This document shows positions 55,521 to 64,000 of a DNA stretch of 64,000 bases, in pieces. A model generated the notes under the pieces. It was not told where the DNA came from. It searched no databases and saw nothing but the letters and a program-made list of their open reading frames with translations. Positions within the stretch are counted from its first letter, which is position 1; every line of letters starts with the position of its first letter. The translations under genes were made by a program, and so were the position numbers. This stretch comes from Patescibacteria group bacterium (GTDB taxonomy: Bacteria; Patescibacteriota; Gracilibacteria; UBA1369; UBA12470). The stretch lies in assembly GCA_018816885.1 (NCBI GenBank), contig JAHIUS010000053.1, positions 10,517-74,516 on the forward strand, read 5' to 3'.

Positions 55521-57004
55521 ACAAAGTTCTCCTGATCATTCTGGACGGGTTCGGATATGCAAAGAAAGGCCCCGGAAACGCAATAGAACTTGCAAATATG
55601 AAGTTTGAGAAGAGTTTGCGCAAGAAGTATCCGACTGTGAAACTGAAAGCCCACGGAGAAGCGGTAGGCCTGCCAAAAGGCTCGATGGGAGGATCCGAAG
55701 TCGGCCATTTCACAATGGGCGCGGGGAAAGTCGTCTGGCAATCTTTGGAAATGATTAATCGCGAGATTCACAACAAGAACTTCTTCAAAAACAAAGAGCT
55801 CTTAAAAGCAATCAAAAACTGCAAAAAACACGGAACAGCACTGCACCTGATCGGCATGATTTCCGATGAAGGAGTCCACTCGCACTTAAATCATCTTTTT
55901 GCGTGCCTGGAACTTGCAAAACAGCATGGACTGAACAAAGTTTTTATTCACGCAATAACAGATGGACGCGATGTTCCGGAAAGATCCGCTAAAAAGTATA
56001 TTCGTAAGATCCAAAAATTCGGATACGGAGAAATAACAACAATAGTCGGACGCTTTTACGCCATGGATCGCGACACTAATTGGAAAAGAACTCAAAAAGC
56101 CTATGAACTTTTCACAAAAGCAAAAGGAATTTCAGAAAAAGATCCACTGAAAGCAATTGACAACGCATATGCACGAGGAGAAGAGACCGATTATTACCTA
56201 AAACCGATGGCAATTAACCCGGATGGAAGGATCAAAAACCGTGACTCGGTGATTTTTTGGAACTTCAGAACAGACAGGGCCAAACAACTCACCCAGGCAT
56301 TCGTCGACCCCAAGTTCAAAGGCTTCACCCGAAAAAGAGTCGGACACCTCGTATTCATCTGCTGCGGAGAGTACAGCAAGCTGGCCCCGGTCGCCTTCCC
56401 CGCACCGTTCGTCAAAGAAAACCTCGGGAAAATTTTATCAAAAAAAGGAATCCCGCAACTCCGAATCGCCGAAACAGAAAAATACGCCCACGTAACCTTC
56501 TTCTTCAACTCACAAGACAAAGAACCTTACCCGTTAGAAGATCGCATATTAATCCCCTCTCCAAAAGTCCCTTCATACGCGCAGAAACCGGAAATGAGCG
56601 CTTCCAAAGTCACCAACAAAGCCTGCAAAGAAATCGCCAAAGAAAAGTATGGATTCGTCGCCCTAAACTACGCCAACGGCGACCTCGTCGGCCACTCCGG
56701 AGATCTGAAAGCAACTATCGAATCCTGCAAACACTTAGATAAATGCCTCGCAAAAATCATACCTGCAGCCCTCAAACACGATTACGAAATCTTGCTAACC
56801 GCCGACCACGGCAACGCCGATCAAATGAAGTACCCTGACGGCTCAGACATGCCCGCACATTCGTTGAATCCTGTGTTATGCACGTTGATTTCTGATCAGA
56901 AATACAAATTGCACAAAGGAAAAGGGCTGTCGGCTATTGGGCCGACAGTGTTGAAACTACTTGAGGTAAAAAGAGGAAAGGAAATGGGAGAAGGATTGAT
57001 CTAA
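55517..57004 (+). CDS. gpmI: 2,3-bisphosphoglycerate-independent phosphoglycerate mutase
   Basis: MNKVLLIILDGFG.., ..GGSEVGHFTMGAG.., ..SDEGVHSH.., ..ITDGRD.., ..NGDLVGHSG.., ..TADHGNA..; ATG 55517 overlaps the pilD stop (ATGA). Confidence 0.93.
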   Translation: MNKVLLIILDGFGYAKKGPGNAIELANMKFEKSLRKKYPTVKLKAHGEAVGLPKGSMGGSEVGHFTMGAGKVVWQSLEMINREIHNKNFFKNKELLKAIKNCKKHGTALHLIGMISDEGVHSHLNHLFACLELAKQHGLNKVFIHAITDGRDVPERSAKKYIRKIQKFGYGEITTIVGRFYAMDRDTNWKRTQKAYELFTKAKGISEKDPLKAIDNAYARGEETDYYLKPMAINPDGRIKNRDSVIFWNFRTDRAKQLTQAFVDPKFKGFTRKRVGHLVFICCGEYSKLAPVAFPAPFVKENLGKILSKKGIPQLRIAETEKYAHVTFFFNSQDKEPYPLEDRILIPSPKVPSYAQKPEMSASKVTNKACKEIAKEKYGFVALNYANGDLVGHSGDLKATIESCKHLDKCLAKIIPAALKHDYEILLTADHGNADQMKYPDGSDMPAHSLNPVLCTLISDQKYKLHKGKGLSAIGPTVLKLLEVKRGKEMGEGLI

Positions 57005-58671
57005 TCATCATACTCATCCGCATATTCATCATATAAATCAAGCCATTCATCTGGTTTCTCTTCAGAGACCTTAGATTCCTCAGATATTTCTTCCTGCTCT
57101 TCTTCCAAAACATCACATGTATAACCTTGTTTTTTATTTCTAAATTGATTCAACTGATCCCTAACAGCATTAACCCAATTGTCATGCGGAGTGCAAGAAT
57201 TTTGCTCACAATAGTTCAAAAGGTTTTCAATAAACTGCAAAGAACCTACTTTTACATCTTTTTCCATATAACACTGAAGACCACGACGAGTACACCACTG
57301 ATCAACAAACTCCATAATAAAAACAGGCTCAACTTCAGAAAGGATTCTCTGAAACAAAGGAGCATCAAATAAACCTAAAGGATGATCCTTATTCATATCA
57401 AACAATATACTTTTATAAAAATTACTTATCTGAGCCCACATACTCTCGGAAACGTCATCAGAGGCCACAATTCTATTAATCACAGGATTATCTATCAGAA
57501 AACTAAGAGACCATGTAATCGCACTCTCAACAAACCCAATCCAAAATCTACAAACATCATCTATAGCACCCCCCCCTTTCTCAATATAATTCACCAGAAA
57601 ATCTCTAAATTCCACCAGCTCTTTCTGCGCATTATCCTCTACTAATTCATTATTAACACCACGAATAATCGGAGTAAGCCGAACCAAGCTTTCCGAACTA
57701 GAATCATTTTTCAAAACAACAGTCACAACCTCTGCAATTCTATCAACCGATTTACCATCCATAAGACACTCTGTTTCACAACAAAGCGCATTATCATCCG
57801 AGTTAAATGCATGAATAACCGCCAACCCGGGATCAATCTTCATAAGCGCCTGGAGACAATATCCTTCACCACAAATTCCAAATCGTTGACAGTAATCTCC
57901 CAATACATTTAATAAATCATCCAGAATCCGCCTATAAAAAGCTGCATATTCTCGAGCAGTTTCAGGGTCAAACCCTTCTAACTTCTCCCCCAAAGCCAAC
58001 TTCTCCGGCAAATCCTTTAATCTAAAATGACTAATAAGACCATCTTTATCGTATTTCCCACGATATTCATTATTTATCGGCAACTCAAATTGCCAAAACT
58101 GTTTATCGGAATCAGCGCAAGCAGCCTTCGAAAATCTTGTCATTTCCACCTCATGATGAAACCACTGCAACATACCTGAATTAATATTCCGAACCCAAAC
58201 AGAAAACTCTTCTATAAATCTTTTGAATTCATCTCCCTGAGGACAAACCTGATCAGATTTCAAAACTCCTTCCACACAATCTCGAACACCTTTAACAGTC
58301 CCGGCAATCTCCATACTTTCATCCGGATTCTCATTCACAAAATCACAAAATCTCCTCCAAGCATCCATATCGCGAGGAACATCTTCAGCACGCTCAAGTT
58401 CAACATCCTTCATCCCAATTAAATCCATAAAATCCCTTATCCCCTGATTATCGGAACCCTGTTTATCATAAAAATCCGTCACAACAACCTCAGCCCCCTG
58501 ATTACGCGCCTTCGCCGCCTGCAGAAGCCAAAAAACATTCCCAAGCGCAATATCCTCCATGTTCTTTTGACGAACAGTACAAACCTGCACAGACATGCCT
58601 CGCAGATCCTCCTGCGCAATAGCTTGATCAATCTCTCGAAACGGTATTTTTTTATCAAATAAATCTTCCAT
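57001..58671 (-). CDS. large hypothetical cytoplasmic acidic protein (556 aa from ATG 58671)
   Basis: Cys/Trp-containing ORF with acidic tail ..DEWLDLYDEYADEYDD; TTGACA-N16-TATAGT promoter just upstream; no family recognised. Confidence 0.55.
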   Translation of the reverse strand: MEDLFDKKIPFREIDQAIAQEDLRGMSVQVCTVRQKNMEDIALGNVFWLLQAAKARNQGAEVVVTDFYDKQGSDNQGIRDFMDLIGMKDVELERAEDVPRDMDAWRRFCDFVNENPDESMEIAGTVKGVRDCVEGVLKSDQVCPQGDEFKRFIEEFSVWVRNINSGMLQWFHHEVEMTRFSKAACADSDKQFWQFELPINNEYRGKYDKDGLISHFRLKDLPEKLALGEKLEGFDPETAREYAAFYRRILDDLLNVLGDYCQRFGICGEGYCLQALMKIDPGLAVIHAFNSDDNALCCETECLMDGKSVDRIAEVVTVVLKNDSSSESLVRLTPIIRGVNNELVEDNAQKELVEFRDFLVNYIEKGGGAIDDVCRFWIGFVESAITWSLSFLIDNPVINRIVASDDVSESMWAQISNFYKSILFDMNKDHPLGLFDAPLFQRILSEVEPVFIMEFVDQWCTRRGLQCYMEKDVKVGSLQFIENLLNYCEQNSCTPHDNWVNAVRDQLNQFRNKKQGYTCDVLEEEQEEISEESKVSEEKPDEWLDLYDEYADEYDD

Positions 58672-58691
58672 AAAAATATTACAAGGCAATA

Positions 58692-58719
58692 ACTATATAC
58701 GATATCCGAGCCCTGTCAA
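58692..58719 (-). promoter_or_regulatory. sigma70-type promoter for ORF 57001-58671
   Basis: Minus strand TTGACA (58714-58719) - 16 nt - TATAGT (58692-58697). Confidence 0.55.
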
Positions 58720-58768
58720 TCCCTTTCCCCTGCCCATCTTTCAGTTTTGCATTAAAATCTAAAAAGCC

Positions 58769-58786
58769 GTTTTGCGACAGCAAAAC
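58769..58786 (+). repeat. small hairpin family copy GTTTTGC-GACA-GCAAAAC followed by ACCAC
   Basis: 7-bp stem with T/A replacing C/G of other copies (compensatory); preceded by AAGCC. Confidence 0.6.
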
Positions 58787-58831
58787 ACCACATTGCGGCC
58801 GAAGGCCAGCACCCTCACTATCAATCAAGCC

Positions 58832-58850
58832 GTTTCCGCGCAGCGGAAAC
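58832..58850 (+). repeat. small hairpin family copy GTTTCCGC-GCA-GCGGAAAC followed by ACCAAC
   Basis: 8-bp stem (extra C:G pair); preceded by box CTCACTATCAA-TCAAGCC. Confidence 0.6.
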
Positions 58851-58862
58851 ACCAACAGTTAC

Positions 58863-58890
58863 AGACTATAGACTATTAACTATTCACTAA
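58863..58890 (+). repeat. heptamer leader AGACTAT AGACTAT TAACTAT TCACTAA abutting the manC ATG
   Basis: Read directly; ATG 58891. Confidence 0.65.
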
Positions 58891-59913
58891 ATGAAAGCAG
58901 TAATCCTCGCAGGAGGCGCCGGAACCAGACTTTGGCCCCTCTCAACAGAAGAAAAACCCAAACAATTCCAAAGCTTAACCTCAGACAAAACCCTGCTTCA
59001 AGAAGCCGCAGAGCGCCTGGAATTCTTACAGCCGGAAGACATTTACGTCGCAACGAACGAAAAATATGTCCCATACATCGAGGAGCAACTCCCCCAAATC
59101 CCTCGCGAAAACATCCTAACCGAACCCGCCCTCCGCGACACCGCAACTTGTATCGGCTTCGCAGCAGCAATGATCGGGAAAGATCATCCTGATGAGGTTA
59201 TGGCAATAGTTTACGCCGACCATCTCGTTCAAGATAAAGAAGAATTCGCCACTAAACTTAAGGCGGCAGAAAAACTCGCCCTACGCGACAATACCCTCAA
59301 CATCGTCGAAGTCGAAGCTCGCGAACCGAACGTAAACTTCGGATATGTGGAAATCGGAGAAACTCTCGAGGAAATCGACGGAAACCCCGTTAAAGCTTTC
59401 AAAAAATTCACAGAAAAACCCGACCTTGAAACAGCCAAACAATACATTGAGTCCGGAAACTACCTCTGGAATACCGGATATTACGTCTGGCGCATCTCAG
59501 ACATACTGGATAGATATCAAAAGCACTTACCGGACACATACAATCGTCTAATGAAAATGCAGGAAGATCCAACCTCAATCGAAACCGAGTATCCACAGTG
59601 CGAAAAAATCTCAATCGACTACGCCATAATGGAGAAGCTTGAACCGGAAGAAGTCAGAATCCTCCCCGCCGAACTCGGCTGGAGCGACATCGGAACTTGG
59701 GAAACTTTATTCAAAGAACTCCATAAAGAAGGAAACGTCACAAAAGGCCCAGTCCAAACAGTCGACTCGGAAGGCAACCTGATCTACAACTACGAAAATG
59801 ACAAAAAATTGAGCATCCTCGGCATCCAAAACACCGTAATAGTAAATACAGGCTCAGAAATCCTGGTTTGTCCATTATCAGAGAGCCAGAACGTGAAGAA
59901 GCTCAAAAAATAG
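58891..59913 (+). CDS. manC: mannose-1-phosphate guanylyltransferase (nucleotidyltransferase part only)
   Basis: MKAVILAGGAGTRLWPLS.., ..ADH.., ..SIDYAIMEK.., ..GWSDIGTWE.. Confidence 0.88.
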   Translation: MKAVILAGGAGTRLWPLSTEEKPKQFQSLTSDKTLLQEAAERLEFLQPEDIYVATNEKYVPYIEEQLPQIPRENILTEPALRDTATCIGFAAAMIGKDHPDEVMAIVYADHLVQDKEEFATKLKAAEKLALRDNTLNIVEVEAREPNVNFGYVEIGETLEEIDGNPVKAFKKFTEKPDLETAKQYIESGNYLWNTGYYVWRISDILDRYQKHLPDTYNRLMKMQEDPTSIETEYPQCEKISIDYAIMEKLEPEEVRILPAELGWSDIGTWETLFKELHKEGNVTKGPVQTVDSEGNLIYNYENDKKLSILGIQNTVIVNTGSEILVCPLSESQNVKKLKK

Positions 59914-60002
59914 CAATTAGCGGAAGGTCTTTTTCTCGATAAAACCCTTGAAACCAAACCCGTTTTAAGGTATAATCATACAATATCTTAGAACCTGATT
60001 TC

Positions 60003-60683
60003 GTGAATAACACCCCGGAACTACAATCACAGGAGACTCCAAGTCAGTCATACAAAACAAATGAACTCGTGAGATCGGCTGTTCAAAATCAGCTACCATG
60101 GCAAGACCTAACTATAACTCCACTTGAACAAAATACCTTCAAAATCGAAGGGGTTTACGAAAACAATAATGGAACAACACTTTTTTCAAAAAATATAGTC
60201 ATACAAAACCCTACTAATCAAGAAAATATCAAAACACAAATAGAAAATTTCTTCCATTTTGATGTATTGGGAACGCTACCACCGGCAGAAGTCGCACCAA
60301 TCCAGCAAGAACAAGAGGCCCAAAAACAAGAAGTAATCAAAGAAAGCCAAACCCAAACACAGGAACTTGCCCAAGAGCCGATCTACCCCGACCCAAGAGA
60401 AAAACGAACACAGCCCCTCCCGGAAAACCCATACAAACTTCGCTCCCGCCTAGTTTCCCTCGACAGAAAAGTAGAAAACCTGGAACCGCAAGTAAGGTTC
60501 GGCCCTATCAAACAAAAAGAAAAAGCTTTCAAAAAAATCCAAAAAATCAACAAAGAACGAATCGAATTGCTTGAAGCCCTCGGGCTGGCGGAAGGAACAG
60601 TCCAGTCAGGAGGAGAACAAAAAACACGAATAGAAGTGATCCAAGACAAAGAATCTAAGCTCGCAAAAGAGCTTCCGGAATAA
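60003..60683 (+). CDS. hypothetical Gln/Glu/Lys-rich protein
   Basis: 226-aa ORF with GTG start, inserted between manC and its usual C-terminal cupin partner; no family recognised. Confidence 0.4.
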   Translation: MNNTPELQSQETPSQSYKTNELVRSAVQNQLPWQDLTITPLEQNTFKIEGVYENNNGTTLFSKNIVIQNPTNQENIKTQIENFFHFDVLGTLPPAEVAPIQQEQEAQKQEVIKESQTQTQELAQEPIYPDPREKRTQPLPENPYKLRSRLVSLDRKVENLEPQVRFGPIKQKEKAFKKIQKINKERIELLEALGLAEGTVQSGGEQKTRIEVIQDKESKLAKELPE

Positions 60684-60750
60684 AAACTCCTTTCATTTTT
60701 CCCTTCCCTAAGGTAAATTGTTACCCGCTTATTTTTAGCGGAAAATCAAA

Positions 60751-61143
60751 ATGAAAGTAGAAAGAAAACCGAAACCTTGGGGAGAAGAAATCTGGTTCGC
60801 CCAAACCGAGAAATACGCCGGAAAAATCCTGAAAATCAAGAAAGGCCACAGATATTCCCTCCAATACCACAAACAAAAACTGGAAACTCAATACATCCTC
60901 TCCGGACAAGTAAAAATGATCCACGGAGAATCGGAAGACAATCTTCAAGAAACAATATTAAACCCGGGAGATAAGTTCGACGTAACACCCGGTATGATTC
61001 ACCGCGCAGAAGGGATCGAAGACAGCGAAATCTTCGAGGTTTCCACCCCTGAACTTGACGATGTAGTCAAGTTAGCAGACGATTACGGCAGATCCGGAGA
61101 AGGAAATAACGAACAGCTCGACCGACAACTCGCAAATTCATAA
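60751..61143 (+). CDS. cupin-domain protein resembling the type II phosphomannose isomerase C-terminal domain
   Basis: ..KPWGEEIWFAQTEKYAGKILKIKKGHRYSLQYHKQKLETQYILSG.., ..MIHRAEG.. Confidence 0.75.
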   Translation: MKVERKPKPWGEEIWFAQTEKYAGKILKIKKGHRYSLQYHKQKLETQYILSGQVKMIHGESEDNLQETILNPGDKFDVTPGMIHRAEGIEDSEIFEVSTPELDDVVKLADDYGRSGEGNNEQLDRQLANS

Positions 61144-61171
61144 ATTTTATAAATACTTAACCAAATAAAAC

Positions 61172-64000
61172 ATGAAAAAGTTCCTAACCTGGCAACTAAT
61201 TGCAATCTTCGTAATGGCCACCGTTCTCGGATTTGTAAGCATACCTTACGAATACCAATCGAAGTTTCTCCCTTCGGGATCAGAGTTTCTTTCCCAAACA
61301 AAAATTAACCTCGGACTCGACCTCCAAGGAGGAACCCAACTCGACTACAAAATCGACCTCAGAAAAGTCGAATCTGCAGATCAAGAATCAATAGTTGAAG
61401 GTGTCAAAGAAGTAATCACCAGGCGTGTAAACGGACTCGGAGTTTCTGAACCGAATATCTACATGTCCCACATAGCCGATGAATACCATATCGTTGTTGA
61501 ATTGGCGGGTATAAAGGATATCGAAGAAGCAAAAGCAACAGTCGGAAAAACCATCCAACTTGAATTCAAAGAAAAAGCTGAAACAATAGATGAAGGCCAA
61601 AAAGAAGAACGCAGACAATCCGCCGAAGTGGCACTCGCAAGAATCCTTGCAGGTGAAGACTTCGAATCTGTGGGATCGGAAGAAGAATTAGCCTACCCAA
61701 CAGTAGTAATTTCAACTTCTCAAGCCCTAACACCACTCGAAGAAATCGCACCTGATCTTCAGTCTTACATAAGCGGACTTGAACCGGGCGACATCGCAAC
61801 TCAACTCATAGAAGGAGTAGACGGCCTTACATATGACTGGACAGGAGAAATAGTAGACCTTGAAGGATACTTCCTACTCGAAGTAACAGACCACCAATTC
61901 GTCACAGAAACAGGCTCCATAGACAAAGAAGTTAAAGCCAGCCACATCCTAATAGGCTGGAATGAATCCGCACTCGTTTCCGACAGAACCAAAAAAGAAG
62001 CAAAAGCCCTCGCAGAAGAAGTTTTGGAAAAAGCCAAATCAGGCGAAGACTTCGCGACCCTCGCAGAAGAGTACTCGGAAGATCTTGGAACCGCAACCGC
62101 GGGAGGAGATCTTGGGTTCTTCGGACCGGGAGAAATGGTTCCTGAATTCGAAGAAGCGGCCTTCAACCTGGAAATCGGCAAAACCTCGGAAATAGTGGAA
62201 ACCAAATTCGGCTACCACATCATCCAAGTCACAGACATCAAAGGAGCAACATCAGAAGAAGTAACTGTCGAAAAATACGCCCTCAACAAAATAATCTATC
62301 AGACCCTTCCCGATCCTTGGCTTGAAACAGAATTAACGGGAGAACACTTCGTCCGCGCAGATGTCATGTTCACACAAGCATACATGCCTTATGTATCGAT
62401 TCTGTTTAACGATGAAGGAGCGGAACTGTTCGAGAAATTAACAGCGGCAAATGTTGACAAACCTCTCGCAATATTTGTAGGAGGAAACCTTATTTCAGCC
62501 CCGACGGTAAGAGAAAAAATTACAGGAGGATCGGCCCAAATAACGGGAGACTTTACAGTTGAAGAAGCATCAGCGCTGGCAAGAGATTTGAACACAGGTG
62601 CAATACCTGCACCTATCGTCTTGTCCGGACAATACACGATAGGAGCATCCCTTGGCGCAGAGGCGCTCGCAACAAGCGTAAAAGCCGGCATCATCGGCCT
62701 ATTAATACTTGGGCTATACTTGCTCCTCTACTACAGACTTCCGGGGCTTCTGGCCAACATCGCACTCATTATTTACGCAATCATACTTCTGTTCGCAATC
62801 AAGATCGCCCTGCCTCTGCCTCTCGCAATTCTCATCGCTCTATTCATATTTGGAGGAGTAGTGGCGGCAATTCTCAAGTCTTCAGATTCAGGTGGAGAAA
62901 AGTCCGTTTCATTCCTAATCGCATGTTTTGTGCTTTTCTTCCTGACATTTGTATTTGCAAGCCCTCTCACCCTAACTTTAGCGGGTATTGCAGGTGTAAT
63001 TCTTTCTATCGGAATGGCTGTAGATGCCAATGTTTTGATTTTTGAAAGAATAAAAGAAGAACTTAGAGCCGGAAAACCTTACGCTCTCTCAATAGAAACA
63101 GGTTTCACAAGAGCCTGGGACTCAATCAGAGACTCAAACTTCTCATCATTAATCACCTGTGCAATCCTTCTATACTTCGGATCATCAATCATCAGAGGAT
63201 TCGCCTTCAACTTGGCACTCGGTATTTTGATCTCAATGTTCACAGCAATCACAATTACAAGAACATTCTTGAGAAGCACGGTTGGTAAAAAAGCTCTGGA
63301 AAGCGACTTTTTATTCGGAATAAATAAGAAAAGAAAACCATTCAAATTCGACTTCATCGGAAAATCCAAACTTTGGGCAACATTCTCGGGAGTACTAATC
63401 GCAATCGCACTCATCGCCATACCTCTATTCGGCCTAAACCTCGGATTGGACTTCACGGGAGGAACCTTGATGGAGGTTAAATTCGACCAAGAAGAAATCA
63501 CTACTAGCAACCTCTCAGAAACACTCGCAAACGTCGAAGGAGAGCTACTGAGCCCTACCCTATCCGAAGTCACAGAAATGGAAATAACGGGAGAAGAAAG
63601 CGTAATGCTTTCAGGAAACCCGGATGACACCATTGAGTTCGGAACCCCGCTAATAGTGGAAACGGGAGACGGCAGCTTTATCATCAGAATCAAACACATC
63701 TCAGAAGAAACTCACGAATATATTTTGAGCAAATTCGAAGAAAACTACGGAACTCTCGAAGAAGTCAGGTTCACAACGGTAGGCCCAACAATCGGAGAAA
63801 CCCTCAAGAAGAAAGCGGTAATAGCTCTCGGACTGGCGCTCGTAATGATAGTTCTCTACATCGCATTCGCCTTCAGAAAAGTCCCGGCAAAAATCGGCCC
63901 ATGGAGATTCGGACTCTGCGCGATAGCGGCCCTAGCCCACGATACAATCATAATCCTCGGGATATTCGTCCTCCTCGGCAAATTCATGGGAGTAGAAGTC
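61172..64000 (+). CDS. secDF: SecD/SecF fusion translocase subunit with an embedded parvulin-type PPIase domain (3' end outside window; absent from the ORF track because no stop lies in the window)
   Basis: Open frame of 943 codons translated by eye. SecD motifs include GLDLQGGTQL, VELAGIKD..TIQLEFKE, LAIFVGGNLISAPTV..ITGGSAQITG and SIGMAVDANVLIFERIKEE. A PpiC/parvulin module lies at about 61934-62235 (KASHILIG..DLGFFGPGEMVPEFEEAAF..FGYHIIQV). The SecF part follows from about 63330 (GLDFTGGTLMEV..). Confidence 0.88.
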   Translation, partial: MKKFLTWQLIAIFVMATVLGFVSIPYEYQSKFLPSGSEFLSQTKINLGLDLQGGTQLDYKIDLRKVESADQESIVEGVKEVITRRVNGLGVSEPNIYMSHIADEYHIVVELAGIKDIEEAKATVGKTIQLEFKEKAETIDEGQKEERRQSAEVALARILAGEDFESVGSEEELAYPTVVISTSQALTPLEEIAPDLQSYISGLEPGDIATQLIEGVDGLTYDWTGEIVDLEGYFLLEVTDHQFVTETGSIDKEVKASHILIGWNESALVSDRTKKEAKALAEEVLEKAKSGEDFATLAEEYSEDLGTATAGGDLGFFGPGEMVPEFEEAAFNLEIGKTSEIVETKFGYHIIQVTDIKGATSEEVTVEKYALNKIIYQTLPDPWLETELTGEHFVRADVMFTQAYMPYVSILFNDEGAELFEKLTAANVDKPLAIFVGGNLISAPTVREKITGGSAQITGDFTVEEASALARDLNTGAIPAPIVLSGQYTIGASLGAEALATSVKAGIIGLLILGLYLLLYYRLPGLLANIALIIYAIILLFAIKIALPLPLAILIALFIFGGVVAAILKSSDSGGEKSVSFLIACFVLFFLTFVFASPLTLTLAGIAGVILSIGMAVDANVLIFERIKEELRAGKPYALSIETGFTRAWDSIRDSNFSSLITCAILLYFGSSIIRGFAFNLALGILISMFTAITITRTFLRSTVGKKALESDFLFGINKKRKPFKFDFIGKSKLWATFSGVLIAIALIAIPLFGLNLGLDFTGGTLMEVKFDQEEITTSNLSETLANVEGELLSPTLSEVTEMEITGEESVMLSGNPDDTIEFGTPLIVETGDGSFIIRIKHISEETHEYILSKFEENYGTLEEVRFTTVGPTIGETLKKKAVIALGLALVMIVLYIAFAFRKVPAKIGPWRFGLCAIAALAHDTIIILGIFVLLGKFMGVEV

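Overview
This 64-kb window comes from a compact, moderately AT-rich bacterial genome read with the standard genetic code (TGA is used as a stop). It holds about 60 densely packed protein genes on both strands. Several convergent gene pairs overlap at their stop codons. Four tRNA genes with encoded CCA are present (Leu-UAA, Trp-CCA, Cys-GCA, Lys-CUU). I saw no rRNA, CRISPR array, transposase, integrase or phage block. Most of the content is housekeeping: clpP, rimK-like ligase, radA, tatD, ilvE, prfA-prmC-S21, gyrB and gyrA (separated), L31, tgt, ruvA, ruvC, pgi, pepP-like, glmS, pyk, gpmI, pilD, manC and a secDF fusion. There is also a large aromatic amino-acid cluster (pheA, tyrA, DAHP synthase, aroB, aroA, aroK, with aroC further away) and envelope proteins (PrsW, SLH proteins, an S41 protease, a TSP3/PKD protein). 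The gene set and architecture resemble Patescibacteria/CPR-like (for example Peregrinibacteria-like) genomes: no Shine-Dalgarno sequences, minimised enzymes, an orphan VirB4-like ATPase, an HNH/DUF222-like endonuclease and SLH anchoring. That lineage assignment is inference only. I did not find a clear multi-gene defence or mobile system. The most unusual signals are mostly non-coding:
- An aromatic-codon leader peptide with a terminator/antiterminator switch lies upstream of the DAHP synthase operon.
- Rod-like hairpins with covarying stems and tandem G.A (CGAG/GAGC) motifs abut three tRNA genes.
- A dispersed small hairpin family (GTTTYGC-N3-4-GCRAAAC-ACCAYC) shows compensatory changes.
- Heptanucleotide-periodic arrays are widespread in leaders and gene ends, including three TCTAnnn x5 arrays.
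- Four 11-nt direct repeats sit upstream of a consensus promoter for an orphan gene.

Coding oddities:
- SecDF carries an embedded parvulin PPIase domain.
- A divergent RelA/SpoT-like protein is present.
- A paralogous pair of acidic ORFs lies next to rimK.
- A VirB4-like ATPase sits with a SprT-like protease and a GGDEF protein.
- NadB is truncated.
- manC and its cupin domain are split by an intervening ORF.
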